This document shows positions 41,555 to 55,056 of a DNA stretch of 64,000 bases, piece after piece. Source of the DNA: Octopus vulgaris (Eukaryota); contig OX597816.1 in the NCBI GenBank assembly GCA_951406725.2, positions 69,750,001-69,814,000 of the forward strand, given 5' to 3'. The notes beneath the pieces were generated by a model that searched no databases, had not been told where the DNA came from, and saw nothing but the letters and a program-made list of their open reading frames with translations. Numbering within the stretch: position 1 is the stretch's first letter; each line of letters begins with the position of its first letter. The translations under genes and the position numbers were made by a program.

Positions 41555-43513
41555 TATAGATATATAGATAGTTATCATGACGATATAATTGCTGCAGATT
41601 TGGCAGGTTTGGCAAGTTGTTGAACTACGTATTGTGGTTTCGTCCCCGCTTTAAATCTTAACCTCATATATATTCTATTTCAGAGACAGTAAACTGGAAT
41701 TGTATAAGGTTTATATCTTTGTGGTTTTGTTATAATTCTTAGAATTGTACTTTCTAGGATATTAATTTGGTCCCGGCTTCTCAAGTACTTGCTTCCTATT
41801 CGCCGCCAGCATTAACCCACGTCAAAGGAGAGACTCTAAATGCTCGTTAAATCCTATAAATTTACCAATCGAATGGCATCATATGACGTCATACCATTTT
41901 ATCAGGAAGATAAGACGCATTGGTTGATGTATAGCTGGGTCGGATATCAAATAACTTGATATATGTCATGTTGATTATAATTGGAGCGCCTTTCATCATA
42001 ATTTTGAATAGTGACGCCGGATTAAAAAACACCTCCTGAAATAAGCTAGCGAAGAAACATGTTTACATGTTCACACTTGACGTATGAAAAAGTGTAATAT
42101 ATCAGGTAAACTCCAAATCGCAATCCATTTTTAAGACAAGAGGAAACATCGGAATGTTTAGTCGTAGGTGAGTTGATTATAAAAAACACAAGTCGGTCGT
42201 GGTCGGAACGGATTTGAACAAATCTGCCAGATAAGCGATATTCCGAAACTTATCAACGACAACACTACCGAGTATTAACCATCTATGTACTATATTCAAT
42301 GTCTATACATCTCTGACAAGAAAGATGACGTGGGCTTTTTTTCCGAGAGGAAATCTCTCCATGGACATGCAGTATTAAAGGCGTATTATATATTCGAGTG
42401 AGAAAATCGTCCGAGCAGTGACCACCGAGAACATCAAACATGTTTGGGTTGCTTTGATTTTGTAAATAACGTGTCACTGATATTGTGAAAAGACAAAGGG
42501 TTCGATAAAGACACTGCGTACGCAATTGAAACATAAATTTGCATACTCGTCTATGTATCAAACATAACTTATATATATAGACAGATATAATGTTGCGGAT
42601 TTTGCCCGAGAGACGGATATAGTTATAGATATGTACAAAGGCAATATATATCAATACAAGACATACATAGGTCCAACAATTGGCCCACTACAAGGTTGAA
42701 GGAAGCTAAAATGCATCTGGCGTTCTAGATATTCATTGCTATAACGATGTTTGTTTCGCTCCTATAAAAAAATCTCTATTGCGTTTTAAACACAGTTTAC
42801 CTATGAAGACGTTTTCTCTTGGACAAAAATCGGAATATCATGTCTGTCAACGCATAACGTTATGACATTTTTTTTTATGCTGTTTAAAATGCGTATGCTG
42901 AGAATGTAAACTAATTTTTCACTAGTTTTAGGCATCGAATTGCGATTATGATAGGGCAGAAGTAAATTCTAGAATTTAAAATCCATTACATCAGAACCAG
43001 CATTTCACCTAGTCAATAACTTCAACTCTTGGAGTATACTTCTCAAGGAATATGCTCGCCATTTACAACAATATACACACATACGAACACACATTTTGCT
43101 CAACAGCAATTTTACAAACTTGGTGTAATTACAGAGATTTTCGTAGATGACTTAATGAGTTTGATAAGTGTCACGTATGTGTACGTGTATCTACCAAAAT
43201 ACACACACACAGACACACATACTTATTTATAGTGTACACCTGTGAAATTTTCATTCATCCGGCATTTATGAAATCGACGTCATTGTAACTCACTTTACTT
43301 GCTATGGAGTAGAAAAGAGATGCAGATTGTTGCAAAACCGTATCTTCGTAACACTGGCATATTCGTGCCGGATTTATGTCACTGTATGAGTTGAGACCTG
43401 ACTTTGCAGAAAGAAAATATCGCAGATAATTCGTTTTTATACAGGATCTGTTAGCTATATTTGGTGGCAGAAACCATCGTTGAATTCCTCATGAGCTGAT
43501 AAAATCAAGGTTG

Positions 43514-43699
43514 GTGGCAGCATCAGCAGCAGCAGCAGCAGCGTCAGCATCATCGGCAGCAACAGTAACAGCAGCAACAGCAGCAGTAGTAGTAGTAGCG
43601 GTGTTAGTGGTGGGGGAGGAGCAGGTGGAGGAGCAGAAGGAGGAGTAGGAGACGCAGGTGGTGGCGGAAGTAGTAGTAATAGTAGTAGTGGCAGTAGCC

Positions 43700-43735
<36 letters not shown>
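43514..43735. repeat. Low-complexity CAG/TAG/GGA trinucleotide region
   Basis: Directly visible. Confidence 0.85.
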
Positions 43736-44099
43736 TGAGCACGAGAAAAAGATTGAGAGTTTGAAGATGCTGCAGAAGGGGAGGAAATTGTAAAAACGGA
43801 AGTGTCGAAGAATATTTAGAAAAAGGTAGATGTAGAAGAGAAAATGGATGAGGAGATTAGCCGCAGGTTGGCTCACACTAAGCAGATCAATGATCAAAGA
43901 CAAACTAGCCTGGAATATTGGTAATTGTTATACTTATCTCAGCTTACACTATCAAATAATGTCTACCGGTTCTATGGCACCATTATACAGCGTGTTGTTC
44001 TTATTTTAAGACGGTCGTGGCAATTTAAGTGCTATTCTTTGCAGATACTTACACCATAAAAAGAAAAGTGATGCTTGAATTATTACACTAATATTGAAT

Positions 44100-44295
44100 T
44101 CAAGTTTTGACACAAGGCCAGCAATTGAGAGGAGGGGCGAGTCGATTACACCGACCTCAGTGCTCAACTGCTATTTATTTTATCTGAAACGATGAAAGGC
44201 AAAGTTGACTTCGGCAGAATTTGAACTCAGAACTCGAAAATAGGCGAACCACTGCACAATATTTTGGCCGGTGTGCTAATGATTTTTCCAGGGCG
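44100..44295 (-). mobile_element. SINE family B, diverged
   Basis: gatgaaaggcaaagttgacttcggcagaatttgaactcagaac. Confidence 0.75.
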
Positions 44296-45331
44296 TAACA
44301 TCACTTATTAAACTGATATTTATTCGACTCATACAGAAATTGGAGAAAAGCTTCAGAGAAAATGTGATACAATAATTCATTTTTATGACCTTATTTATTA
44401 CGTTAGTTACCACTAAATGCTCCTTACATCTTAATCTTTCACTTTAGATTAATTACGTATAATATATAGGAGTTGATTCACTTTGGTCTATATATTCATT
44501 CCTCTACTATTAATTCATGTCTTGATAAAACAAATCAATAGTTTAGTATTTCTATACATCATACTTTGAAAAGAAAAAGGATGATGTTGATTCACTATGA
44601 TGACATATTTCTTTAGCTCAAATATCTTTCGCAAATATAAAGAAAATGGCTGTGTTTGCAATGAAATATTCAAACGTTTATGTAATCAATAACATTCCAG
44701 TGAAATTCGTTGGAGAAAAGGGAAACTATAAAGTTATTTGCGTGTACCCAAAGATCAGACAATGTTAAAATATGAACCTTTCTGAACTAAAATATGTCAA
44801 AGGATAAAAAGGCAAGATATCAATATTAGAAATACAAACAAAACTGTTCAAACGAATGATGCGAAAATGGCAAATATAAAGGAAATGTCACCGGTATCTT
44901 TAAATATTCACATTGAAATCAATTCAAAGATCAGTTCAATGAATTATCTCTACAAAATTCTAGACAATTTATAAAAGATCGAATTGATAAAATCAGAAAA
45001 GATATTCAGAGATGGGTGAATGCGTCTCAAAATGCATTTAAATTGAAATTCCTTTTCCTTCACATACAGGAATGCTATTAAATTTACCCTACTGTTGAAT
45101 GAATTTAACTGCGCTAATCCCTATGGACACATGTTACAATTCTATTCGAAATACAAATATTTTATTTAAATTTGGAAAAGAAGAGCAAGAAATTTTCTGC
45201 ATGCTCGCCGAAGTCATGAATGAATTCCAAATGAATATCGTAATACTCACACATGCATACAAACAAACACGCACGCACACCTGCACTCAAATAGAAATAT
45301 AGGCACAAATAAACATTTTTTTATCTATTAC

Positions 45332-45516
45332 ATTTTACTTCTTTCAGTCATTAGTCTGCGGCTATGCTGGATTTCCGATTGGAAAAGTTTTATCGAACAA
45401 AGCATCCACAGTATTTATTATATATTATGGTAGTTACACTATTGGTTTATTTTGCTGAACTCCTCAGTTACAGGGACGTCAACAAACCAAGAATGCTTGT
45501 CAAGCAGTGGAGTGGA

Positions 45517-45520
<4 letters not shown>
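45332..45520 (-). mobile_element. SINE family C 3' part, diverged
   Basis: ttttacttctttcagtcatt start and gttacagggacgtcaacaaacca. Confidence 0.65.
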
Positions 45521-45555
<35 letters not shown>

Positions 45556-45571
45556 ACACACACACACACGT

Positions 45572-45641
<70 letters not shown>

Positions 45642-45679
45642 GCATACATACATACATATATACATTCATGCACTAACGA

Positions 45680-47460
45680 CTTATGTGAGTTCAGTGAGGA
45701 AGAACAGAAAATTTTAGATGAATTGCAGAACGTAATGAATACAGAAATAAGAAAAAGATTGCCAGCATTAAAAGATATCAACAGAGGGTAGCTACAAGAA
45801 ATGACTAGAAAAGTAGATCCTGTTATCAACAGCAAAGATACTAAAAATATAGAAGACATCAACTTATTGAGCTATGCAGGCTGAGTGTAGTCACAAGAAG
45901 ATAAAATATATCCCAGGGAAATACTTTAAAATAGAAAACGTGGAAAAGGAGATTACAACATAAAGTGAAGACTTTAAGGCAAGATATGAGTAGAATAGAA
46001 GCCTGGTAAACAAACTAGTCAGGGAAAACAAGATGCAAACCTTGCCTCGTGGAAATATCCTTAGTCGAAGAGAAATTATTTGGGACAATAATAGAAGAGT
46101 TAAAACAGCGTATCATAGCAGTAGCAGGCAAGCTCTCCAGATATAAGAAAATAATAGACCAGTATCAACAGAATAGATTATTTGAGACAGACCAGAGGAG
46201 ATTTTATAAACAAATAGAGGAGAACGAAGTACTGAAGATGAGAAACCTAATGCAGATGAATCTAGAAAGTTCTGGGGTAATATTTGGTATAAACCAGTCT
46301 ATCATAATGGAGATGCAGTATGGTTAAAGAAAGTTCAGGAAGAAGTAGTGAATGAGATCTAAGATTAACTAGTGCATTAATGAATAAGGTATTTAGAAAA
46401 ATGCCGAATTGGAAGAGTCCAGGACCAGATTTAGTTCAAGGATACTGGCTAAAGACACTCAGTAGTTTTTTTACATGGGAGACTGAGGAACAAATTCAGG
46501 ATTGCCTTAATGGAGGAATAATACTAGATTGGATTACTGGAAGGAGGACAATATTCATTACGAAAGGTAAGAGCAAGGGTAATACATCTGGCAACTATCG
46601 ACCAATCACTAGCTTACCATTAGTGTGGAAGACGTTAATAGGAATGCTTTCAGGAAGTTTTTACGGGCACGTTGACAACCAATATTTAGTACCAGGAGAG
46701 AGTGAGGGCGCGTGGCTTAGTGGTTAGGGCATTCGGCTCATGATCGTAAGGTTGTGAGTTCGATTCCCGGCGACGCGTTGTGTCCTTGAGCAAGACACTT
46801 TATTTCACGTTGCTCCAGTCCACTCAGCTGGCAAAAATGAGTTGTACTTGTATTTCAAAGGGTCAGCCTTGTCACTCTCTGTGTCACGCTGATTATCCCC
46901 GAGAACTACGTTAAGGGTACACGTGTCTGTGGAATGCTCAGCCATTTGCACGTTAATTTCACGAGCAAGCTGTTCCGTTGATCGTATCAGCTGGGACCCT
47001 CGTCGTCGTAACCGGCGGAGTCTCTTTTTTAAGTACCAGGAGAACAGAAAGGTTGCAAGAAGAAGGCAAGAGGAAACCACGATCTATTATATATACACAA
47101 AGTAGTTCAAAATTATGTAAAAGCTAGAAAGAAAAATCTAACAATAGCATGGATAGACCATAGGAAAACCTATGACATGATCCCACTCTCATGGATAACT
47201 GAATGTTTTAGTATATTCAGTATAACAGACAACATAAGAGAATTAGTTAGCTTTAGCTTGAAGAAATGAAAAGTAGATCTATACTCATCTGATCCACTCT
47301 TAGAGAAAGTTAATATCAAAAGGGGAATTTTGCAGGAGAAGTCGTTGTTCACTTTAATATTTGTTCTATGTTTGATCCCCGAAATTTTAGTATTAAGGAA
47401 GGCAAAGGCAGAAGCAGTAATGGAAAAAGTGACCATTTTCTCTACTTGGATGATCTGGAG
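45680..47460 (+). mobile_element. R4/Dong-type LINE RT fragment (pseudogene), interrupted by a SINE
   Basis: QYQQNRLFETDQRRFY; MPNWKSPGPDLVQGYWLK; NYRPITSLPLVWK; AWIDHRKTYDMIPHSW; HFLYLDDL. Confidence 0.88.
46700..47031 (+). mobile_element. tRNA/CORE-like SINE family A, full length
   Basis: A box tggcttagtgg, B box gttcgattcc, CORE-like gtgtccttgagcaagacactt; TSD agtaccaggaga at 46688-46699 and 47032-47043. Confidence 0.92.
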
Positions 47461-47714
47461 AGTTACTACTTCTACTACTACTACTACTACTACTACTTAG
47501 AAGAAGTGGTAGTAGAAAAAGAAGAATCCAAGTATAAAAATGACTATGCATTTATATAACGTAAGTATTCCATAGAACGTAAAGGGAAGGACATACTCAA
47601 ACACGCAAGTATGTATATATGTATGTACTTATGTATGCATGTGTATGCATTTATGGATAGACAGACGGATAGATAGACAGACAGACATGCAGGCAGACAG
47701 ACAGACAGACAGAC

Positions 47715-47765
<51 letters not shown>

Positions 47766-48432
47766 AAAGAATATATATGCGTCTATGTGTGTATTTGCTC
47801 ATATACTAACCCCATAAATATTTCCTTTTATTTCGTTGCAAGTCGGTACTATATTTTTACTTCACACAAAGACAGACTTATGCATAACACATATTAGCAT
47901 GAACCTAAACACTAAACAATGCTAGCTTTTAGTCCAATTAAATTTCTGTCCATGCAGCAATTAAATTTATATGAAAACGGAAAAAAAAATCAGGAAAATT
48001 AATCTTGATCTTCAAGTAAACATTAAACAGTTACCCCAGTTCTAGCAAAAGGACTCATTGTCCAAACAAATGCTGGTTTGTACGAAAATATCAAAGTTCT
48101 TAAAGATATTCAAAATCTAGAAACGGTTATCGATTACCGCAAATAAAAGACGTCTGGTTGCATCATTAGACATATTAATGCCGCAGTTGTTTGTCATGAA
48201 TGTTAACATAAAATTCTGTCGTTTTCTTTAGAGAACTTTAGTTATATGCATGCCCTCCAGATCACTATTGTAACCCGGCCATTTCTACTAACAAAGACTT
48301 TCAAATATCACATACAAATACGTCGAGCTTTCACTATTATTTGCACATTGAATATTCGATAATAGCTTCAAATGGTAACAAAAACGGAAATATAATTTTA
48401 TTCAACCCGCGGTTTCTAAATACGTTAGTATT

Positions 48433-48474
<42 letters not shown>

Positions 48475-49967
48475 TGTGTTTGACGTTTATTTACTAAACT
48501 TTTAAAAGTTACTTATTGTTGTGAACTTTTGTTGAAACTTTAAAGTAAGACATCTACCTCACTGGTCGAAGAAAGGGGCTGTCAAATTCGACCCTAGAGG
48601 TCACAACTTAGAAATATTTTATTTGATCTCATGATGGTAGCAGGAAGAATGATTTATAACTCTACCAAAATCATTTGAGGAGATTAACCCCCATATCATT
48701 CTCATGCGACGACCTACAGCTGCTGCAAGAAATTGCATGTCCATGGAAACAACATCAAGAATTACAATATCAAAAACATTTACAGCAAAGGTAAATGTAA
48801 CTGTAGAAAAAAGTAAGCGCCATGTTTTTTTTTAAGAACGAGAATACCAACACAAGATACAACACAGACAGCAAATACATAGATAGCCATAACAACTATA
48901 TTAGCGATACAGCATGATCAACAGAGGTTGCAAAACCAACAGCTATAACGACGGTGACAAAGTAGGTGGGGGACGACATTTCGGGCAAGCAATCATTTGC
49001 TGCGATGGTAGCGAAATCAACACCATACTTTTCACACTTCAAGAAAAAACAGAAGAGTCTCTCCTAAACAAAAGATGCTCACAAATTCCCATCCCAGGCG
49101 AGGTTTTGGCAACAGCTGCCCGAAAGACGATGCTCTATCTGTGTTACACTAAAAATACATAACTATGCCGCATCAATCAGGAAAATCTTTATCCAAACTA
49201 CCGCTCCCTGAAATTCCTTCACGCTTCGTCTTCGATATAAAACACACATGAACACATGAAAACATAAGTCGACTTCCAAACCCATCCAATATCCCAGTGT
49301 GGAAATTTCCTCTTGCGAGGAAGAGAAACAATCAAAGATAATAAATAATATATATAAAATCAATAAAACGATATTTTTTTAAACATCACAAAAGCATTAA
49401 GGAGAGACCAAAATTATATGAAGACAGTCTCCGCAACTACCGAATTGTCAAATAGCTATTTTACTTTTCCCCCTCCCTACTTTTCTACAAACATGTTGGT
49501 TCTGGGAGTAGAGTATACAAATGCACGTGGTCATCGAGGTCAATTTTTGAAGAGTATCGCCAGAAGAAAGTGACGCTTAAAAATGGCATCACACCTGGTG
49601 TACTCGCGGTGAGATTTGCTGTGGACTAATTGTTTAGCACAATGCACAATGGTGTATGTTATCAGAGCAAAAGTGTGTCTCTGATGCAACTGAGGTAGAT
49701 TTTGTAATCGTTCGATGGACCCGAGTAATAGACAAAAAAAAACATATGTGGTTGACATTATCTTCGTATATATTCTGGATTTCCCAGTTGAACACAGGGT
49801 TGCAAATGAATTCGCCTTGCCTCTCTTCAAATATTTGAGACATTTTAGTATAATAAAAAGGATTCTTCTTCTAGAATGACAGAGCAGTGCATGCAGTCAA
49901 ACTGACCCTGTGGTATATGTGCCCGGTGTAATCTTATCAGACGAGGAAAAAAAAAAGAAAGAGTATA

Positions 49968-50985
49968 GTGTTTTATGTTATGTTTTAAAAAAACTGAAAA
50001 ATCGAAGAATTGTAGATAAGGTATATAACGGTTCAAATGGTACCGCATGGGAGTGGGGCCCATGCAACTATTTTCATTTCTTTGTATAATTTCATCACAT
50101 TTACATTCGTTTATGTTTTTTGTCCCCACTGTGGTCTTGTATGTCCTTGTTTGTCCCCTATGCGTATCAATCCTTTTTATAAGGAATAAAGAGAAAATCT
50201 GTGTTTGGGGCTTTATGCCTAATAAAGATATCTTCCACGGGTTCAAAAATGAGATGTCAGTCCGCTTCATTTTTGTCTTAAGATTATACAGGACTGAGGT
50301 AACCCACCCCAAAAATTATATGTCAGTCTCTTTTATTTTATTTTATTTTTTGTTAAGATTATATAGGACTGAGGTAACTCCTCCAGAATTTATAGAGAAA
50401 TAAATGCAGAGGATATGAAGGCAATAGTGATCGAAAAGGAAAATTATAAGAAACTGGAAGAAATGTGTGGAGATAGTATTGACCCACCAGGAGTGAGGGT
50501 GGAATTCAAAGAATTACCACCAGTAATGGATCTAATAGACATTGAACCATTGATGAAGTATTATTGAAAAGAAAATAAGTATGTTAAATCGAGAGAAAAA
50601 AAAGAAACAGGAGAAAAAAAAGGAAAAGCAAGAAAGTATAAAGTGTTTTATGTTATGTTTTAAAAAAACTGAAAAATCGAAGAATTGTAGATAAGCTATA
50701 TAACGGTTCAAATGGTACCGCATGGGAGTGGGACCCATGCGACAAATTTCATGTTTCATATAATTTCATCACGTTTACATTCGTTTGTGGTTTTGTCCCC
50801 ACTGTGGTCTTGTCTGTCCTTGTTTGTCCACTATATGTATACTTTTTATAAGGAATAAAGAGAAAATCTGTGTTTTGGGCTTTATGTCTTATAAGGATAC
50901 CTTCCACATGTTCAAAAATTACATGTCAGTCCGCTTCATCTTTTTTTTTTTATTTGTTAAGATTATGTAGTACTGAGGTAACCCG
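49968..50985 (+). repeat. Direct duplication of a ~340-bp unit (~49968-50306 and ~50643-50985) with ~60-bp sub-repeats
   Basis: Both copies begin tatgttatgttttaaaaaaactgaaaaatcgaagaattgtag and contain the hairpin gcatggg(agtgg.)cccatgc. Confidence 0.88.
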
Positions 50986-51258
50986 TTCAGACGTTATAAA
51001 GAAATGAATAGAAGAGTGCCATAATTATCATGTGAAATTGGTTCAACGATATTTCGGCATCTAGCGGGCCTTCCACTGGTTCAAAAATTACATGTCGGTC
51101 TACTTCATTATTATTAATATTTTAGTGGCGAGCTGGCAGAATCCATACTTGTTACAAAAATGTCCAATGGACAAGCCTCACTATATTGTCGTGGCGTCTC
51201 TTATATTCCTTCTGGGCTAGTGGTGAACATTGGTTGGCAATATGCCATACGGTTTCAA

Positions 51259-51282
51259 TTATTATTAATATCATTGTTGTTA

Positions 51283-51316
<34 letters not shown>

Positions 51317-51342
51317 CATTATTATTATTATTGTTATTGTTA

Positions 51343-51398
<56 letters not shown>

Positions 51399-51399
51399 T
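51259..51399. repeat. (TTA)n tract
   Basis: Directly visible; abuts the 3' end of an R4/Dong fragment. Confidence 0.95.
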
Positions 51400-51627
51400 A
51401 TTGTCTTTGCACAGCTTCTAACGCTGGAGATGTACTACGGCCAAGCTGCTCACTACCAGTGAACTAAGATAACATCCTTTACTTTTCGAGCACCATCTGG
51501 AACATTCGAGCTGTTCTAAGCAGTGCTGTCTTCTGCAAGTGTTCCACACTTATTGCAGACCCTATTTGTTCCATGTACTTCTCAAGATTTTTACTCATGA
51601 TTTTTACTGAATATTTTTCTCACTGTA

Positions 51628-52919
51628 CGAGGGGCGTTCAATAAGTAATGCCCCTGACCCACTTCCCATAGCAGTAGAGCAACGAAACTTTGCACAGTTA
51701 TTAGTCTCTCTCTACATAGGAACCACCCAGAGTTACGCATTTCTCCCATCGTTTGATACAGCTCTGGAGACCGTTTTTTTAGAAGACCCAGCTTGGTCCT
51801 CCAACCTGAACGTGACTTCAGAAATCAAGGCTGCATCATCTGGGAAACGCTTTCCTTTCAAAAACAACTTCATGGTTGGGAAGAGGTGAAAATCAGAGGG
51901 TGCAAGGTCAGGAGAGTAGGGGGGAGGGGGGAGGAGTTCATAACCGCACACCTGTGCTTCTGATCTAGCGACAAGCGAGTTGTGGACCGGAGCGTTGTCC
52001 TGCAGGAGGAGGATGTCTTTGCTGATCTTGCCCCGCCTCTTGATTTTGATAGTTTCTCTTAATTTCCTCAAAAGTGAAGCATAATAGGCTCCTGTAATTG
52101 TGGTACCCTTTGCCAGGAAATCTGTTATCAATACTCCGTCCTGGTCCCAGAAGTCTGTGAGCATGACCTTGCCAGCGGAGGGCTGCACCCTTGCCTTCTT
52201 TGGAGGAGGTGAGTCACGGTGCTTCCACTGCATTGACTGGACTTTTGTCTCTGGATCATAGTTATGGACCCAGGTTTCATCCTGTGTAATCAGTCTTTTG
52301 AAAAATTTTGACTCATCTTCTTAGCACATCTCCAAATTCATCCTCGAGCACTCGATGCGTTCTTGCTTCTGGAAAGGTGTGAGCAACCTAGGAATCCGTC
52401 TGGCAGACACCTTTTGCATATGCATATGGTCATGAATGATAGTTTCCACAGACCCGGTACTAATCTTGACCTCGTGGGTTATTTGGCGAATAGTTATGCG
52501 TCGATCTTCCAAAATGGCAGCCTCAACTTGACGGACAAATGCCTCATCAATTGCAGGAGTGGGGCGACCAGATCTGGGAGCTGTTTCCACCGAGTTCCGA
52601 CCATGTTTGAATTCACGATGCCAGCGTTTTACATGGTCATATGATGGGGCATCATTACCATAAGTTACTTTCATTTCATCAAAAGTCTCTCGTGGTGTGC
52701 GTCCTTTCAAATACAAAAACCAGATCACTACTCGACACTCAACAGGCTCCATTTCACACTTGACTCAGTTCAAACACCTGTAAATCAGAAACCCCAATTA
52801 TTTCAGAGCTGTAATTTGCCACCTACTCTATAGAGATATGAATAATAGCACACGCAAAATTTCAGCTAGATCAAACAACTGCAAGTGGGTCAGGGGCATT
52901 ACTTATTGAACGCCCCTCA
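51628..52919 (-). mobile_element. Full-length mariner transposon (1292 bp), irritans-like
   Basis: 37-bp TIRs cgaggggcgttcaataagtaatgcccctgacccactt with one mismatch; TA TSD at 51626-51627 and 52920-52921. Confidence 0.96.
51702..52752 (-). pseudogene. mariner DD34D transposase with a premature stop at 52323-52321 and a C-terminal frameshift/stop near 51780
   Basis: ORFs 52752-52321 and 52233-51733 are in the same frame. Motifs RIPRLL, QDETWV, QDNAPVH-YSPDLAPSD (34-aa spacing). The true C-terminus KRWEKCVTLGGSYVE lies in a shifted frame. Confidence 0.93.
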
Positions 52920-53143
52920 TATCTAGGGCTCCGGTAATTATTGCTGCTACTACCACATTTTCATCGACCATAAACGCTTCAAATCCCAAGTTAACTATAT
53001 CTATGATCCGGCATCGTTTGCTTTCTTTCTCAATTAACAGTGTCTAGTTTCCTATTCTCTATATCAATGTCGCACTGAATTATAAAATCCTTTAGGGTCT
53101 TTGCATCGTCATTTTCGATTATTATTATCATAATCATTATTAA

Positions 53144-53185
<42 letters not shown>

Positions 53186-53239
53186 CACCATCATCATCAT
53201 CATTATCATCATCATCACCATCATCATCATCATTATTAT

Positions 53240-54974
53240 TTTATGTTTAAATTTTACTTTGTATTTGTACAAGTTGGCTCGAAATCTCACCCAGAGACCT
53301 CAAGAGACAATAAGTTAGAAGTTCATGTTGGTGTTATGCCTAAGGTGTCTGACGCTGCACATTATACTGCTCTAGAGAATTCTAAGATAATCTGTTTTAA
53401 AATTTGAGATCACCCCCTTTTGCTATCATTTTTAGAGCACCTATGACAAAAGGTATTGTTTTAATCTTCAGGTTCTACCTTTTGCCAATTTCTATTTCAA
53501 ATTCTTTATTCTTGTTCAGTTTTTGCTCGGTCTTGATAATACATTTATATCGATTGGGACAGTCATATCAATGAGGAGGCTTTTGTCTGAACTCTTTCAA
53601 TATAATATTTGGCCTATTCACATCTATATTTCTGTCAGTCTCAATCGTGAAATATAGATCACTTCTATATTTTTTCTTGCATTCAGCTCTGTCTTGAGTA
53701 TTTCCCTTACCCTCCGATAACATTCTCTTCTGATCCTTGCCCTCATCACTGAATGCTTGATTCAAGTACCCTTAGGTATCTGTAGCTCTTCGCTGGTTCT
53801 AACTACTTAATGGCATTCTGCTAGTCAAGATCAACGTTGGATGTTTCTGTCATTTTCCCTTAGATAAAGGAAGCTTTAGCACTTTATCGAGGCCAAACTG
53901 TATCACTGAAGTGTTTGACAGTTGCTAGTAAGCCCTGTAGCTGCTAGTCATTTTTTGCAAGGAGCTTTAAAACATTCATGTAAGTGAGATGATTTATATT
54001 TTTATCAAACATTTTATAACCGTATTGTACATTACTGAACAATTTCGAGAGATGTATTAGGGTGAGACAAAAGAGGAGTGGTGATAGGGAGTTATTCTGG
54101 AAAATGACAAATGACATTCTTACAGCTCTAGCATTAAGAGAGTCATTGTCACTGTTCAAAATCAATGGGGTTCTCCATGATCTCATAGTTATAGACAAGA
54201 CCTTTCGCAGAGTAGGTGGTATTTTATACATTTCCAGACATTTCTTGATTCAGCTATGTAGTAGACTATCAAAAGCTTTTTTACAGTCTATCCAGGCTAT
54301 CGACAAGTTATTGTGTCGTTTGTGACAATCTTCCCAGATCATCTTAGTGACTAGTAGCTGAACTTTACAACCATAGGACCCACGTTTACATACTTTTGTA
54401 CTCACTAGGGAATATTTCACTTTCTATTAAGAAACTATAGGTATTTTCACTCAAGACAGATGCTAGCATTGTATACCTTGTTGATAAGCAGGTTATGGGT
54501 CTATAATTCTTTGGTTCATTTTTCTCTTCATTTTCTTGGAAGTAGGAATGTTACTCCATTAACTAGCCTAAAGGGAATCATACAAGATTGTTGCAAAACA
54601 TCGCTGTAAAGTTCTGATAGTAGTCCATGGCTCTTTGAGAAGGCATTCAACTAGAAGTTAGGAATGTTATGCTTTCCTGGAGACTTCCGTTTGCTTGACT
54701 TCCTGAGAGCAGATCTTACATCCTCTGCCTTGATACTCTCCCACTTTTGCTCTTCTACGGAGTCTAAGTCAGTAGATATTCTATCAATCCAAGGGGCCTA
54801 TTCATTGTGTATTTTTTCGTCTACCCAAATTTTATTCCAAACTTCCTGCAGTTATTTTGATGGGACAGACGTTACTGTAACTGGTATTTTAGCTGTTCCT
54901 GTAATTTTTTTTTTGTTTATTTATGAACATGCTGTTGTCCTTGAAGAATCTAATGCGCTTTTCATACCTTGTTG

Positions 54975-54975
<1 letters not shown>
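53240..54975 (-). mobile_element. R4/Dong-type LINE fragment (RT plus RLE), degenerate
   Basis: NYRPITCL; AWIDCKKAFDS; IFQNNSLSPLLFCL; HLTYMNVLKL; NRPNII..IDMTVPID..IPFVIGAL. Confidence 0.86.
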
Positions 54976-55035
<60 letters not shown>

Positions 55036-55056
55036 TATTATTATTATTATTATTAT
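54976..55056. repeat. (TTA)n tract between two R4/Dong fragments
   Basis: Directly visible. Confidence 0.95.

Larger units (their letters stand above)
51400..53118 (-). mobile_element. R4/Dong-type LINE 3' fragment (RLE domain) split by a mariner
   Basis: ENDDAKTLKDFIIQCD...IITGALD|TV (mariner inserted here) ...KNLEKYMEQIG..LQKTALLRTARMF..LEK*. Confidence 0.82.

Noticed and set aside
43455-43742. Leu/Pro-rich ORF resembling a signal peptide or membrane protein
   Set aside because: Entirely a trinucleotide low-complexity tract
46705-46775. tRNA-like sequence (also heads at ~10240-10312 and ~62790-62856)
   Set aside because: These are SINE heads continuing into repeat bodies; no complete cloverleaf
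48560-49340. A/C-rich stretch that might be a decayed LINE ORF1
   Set aside because: No recognisable motif; needs a profile search
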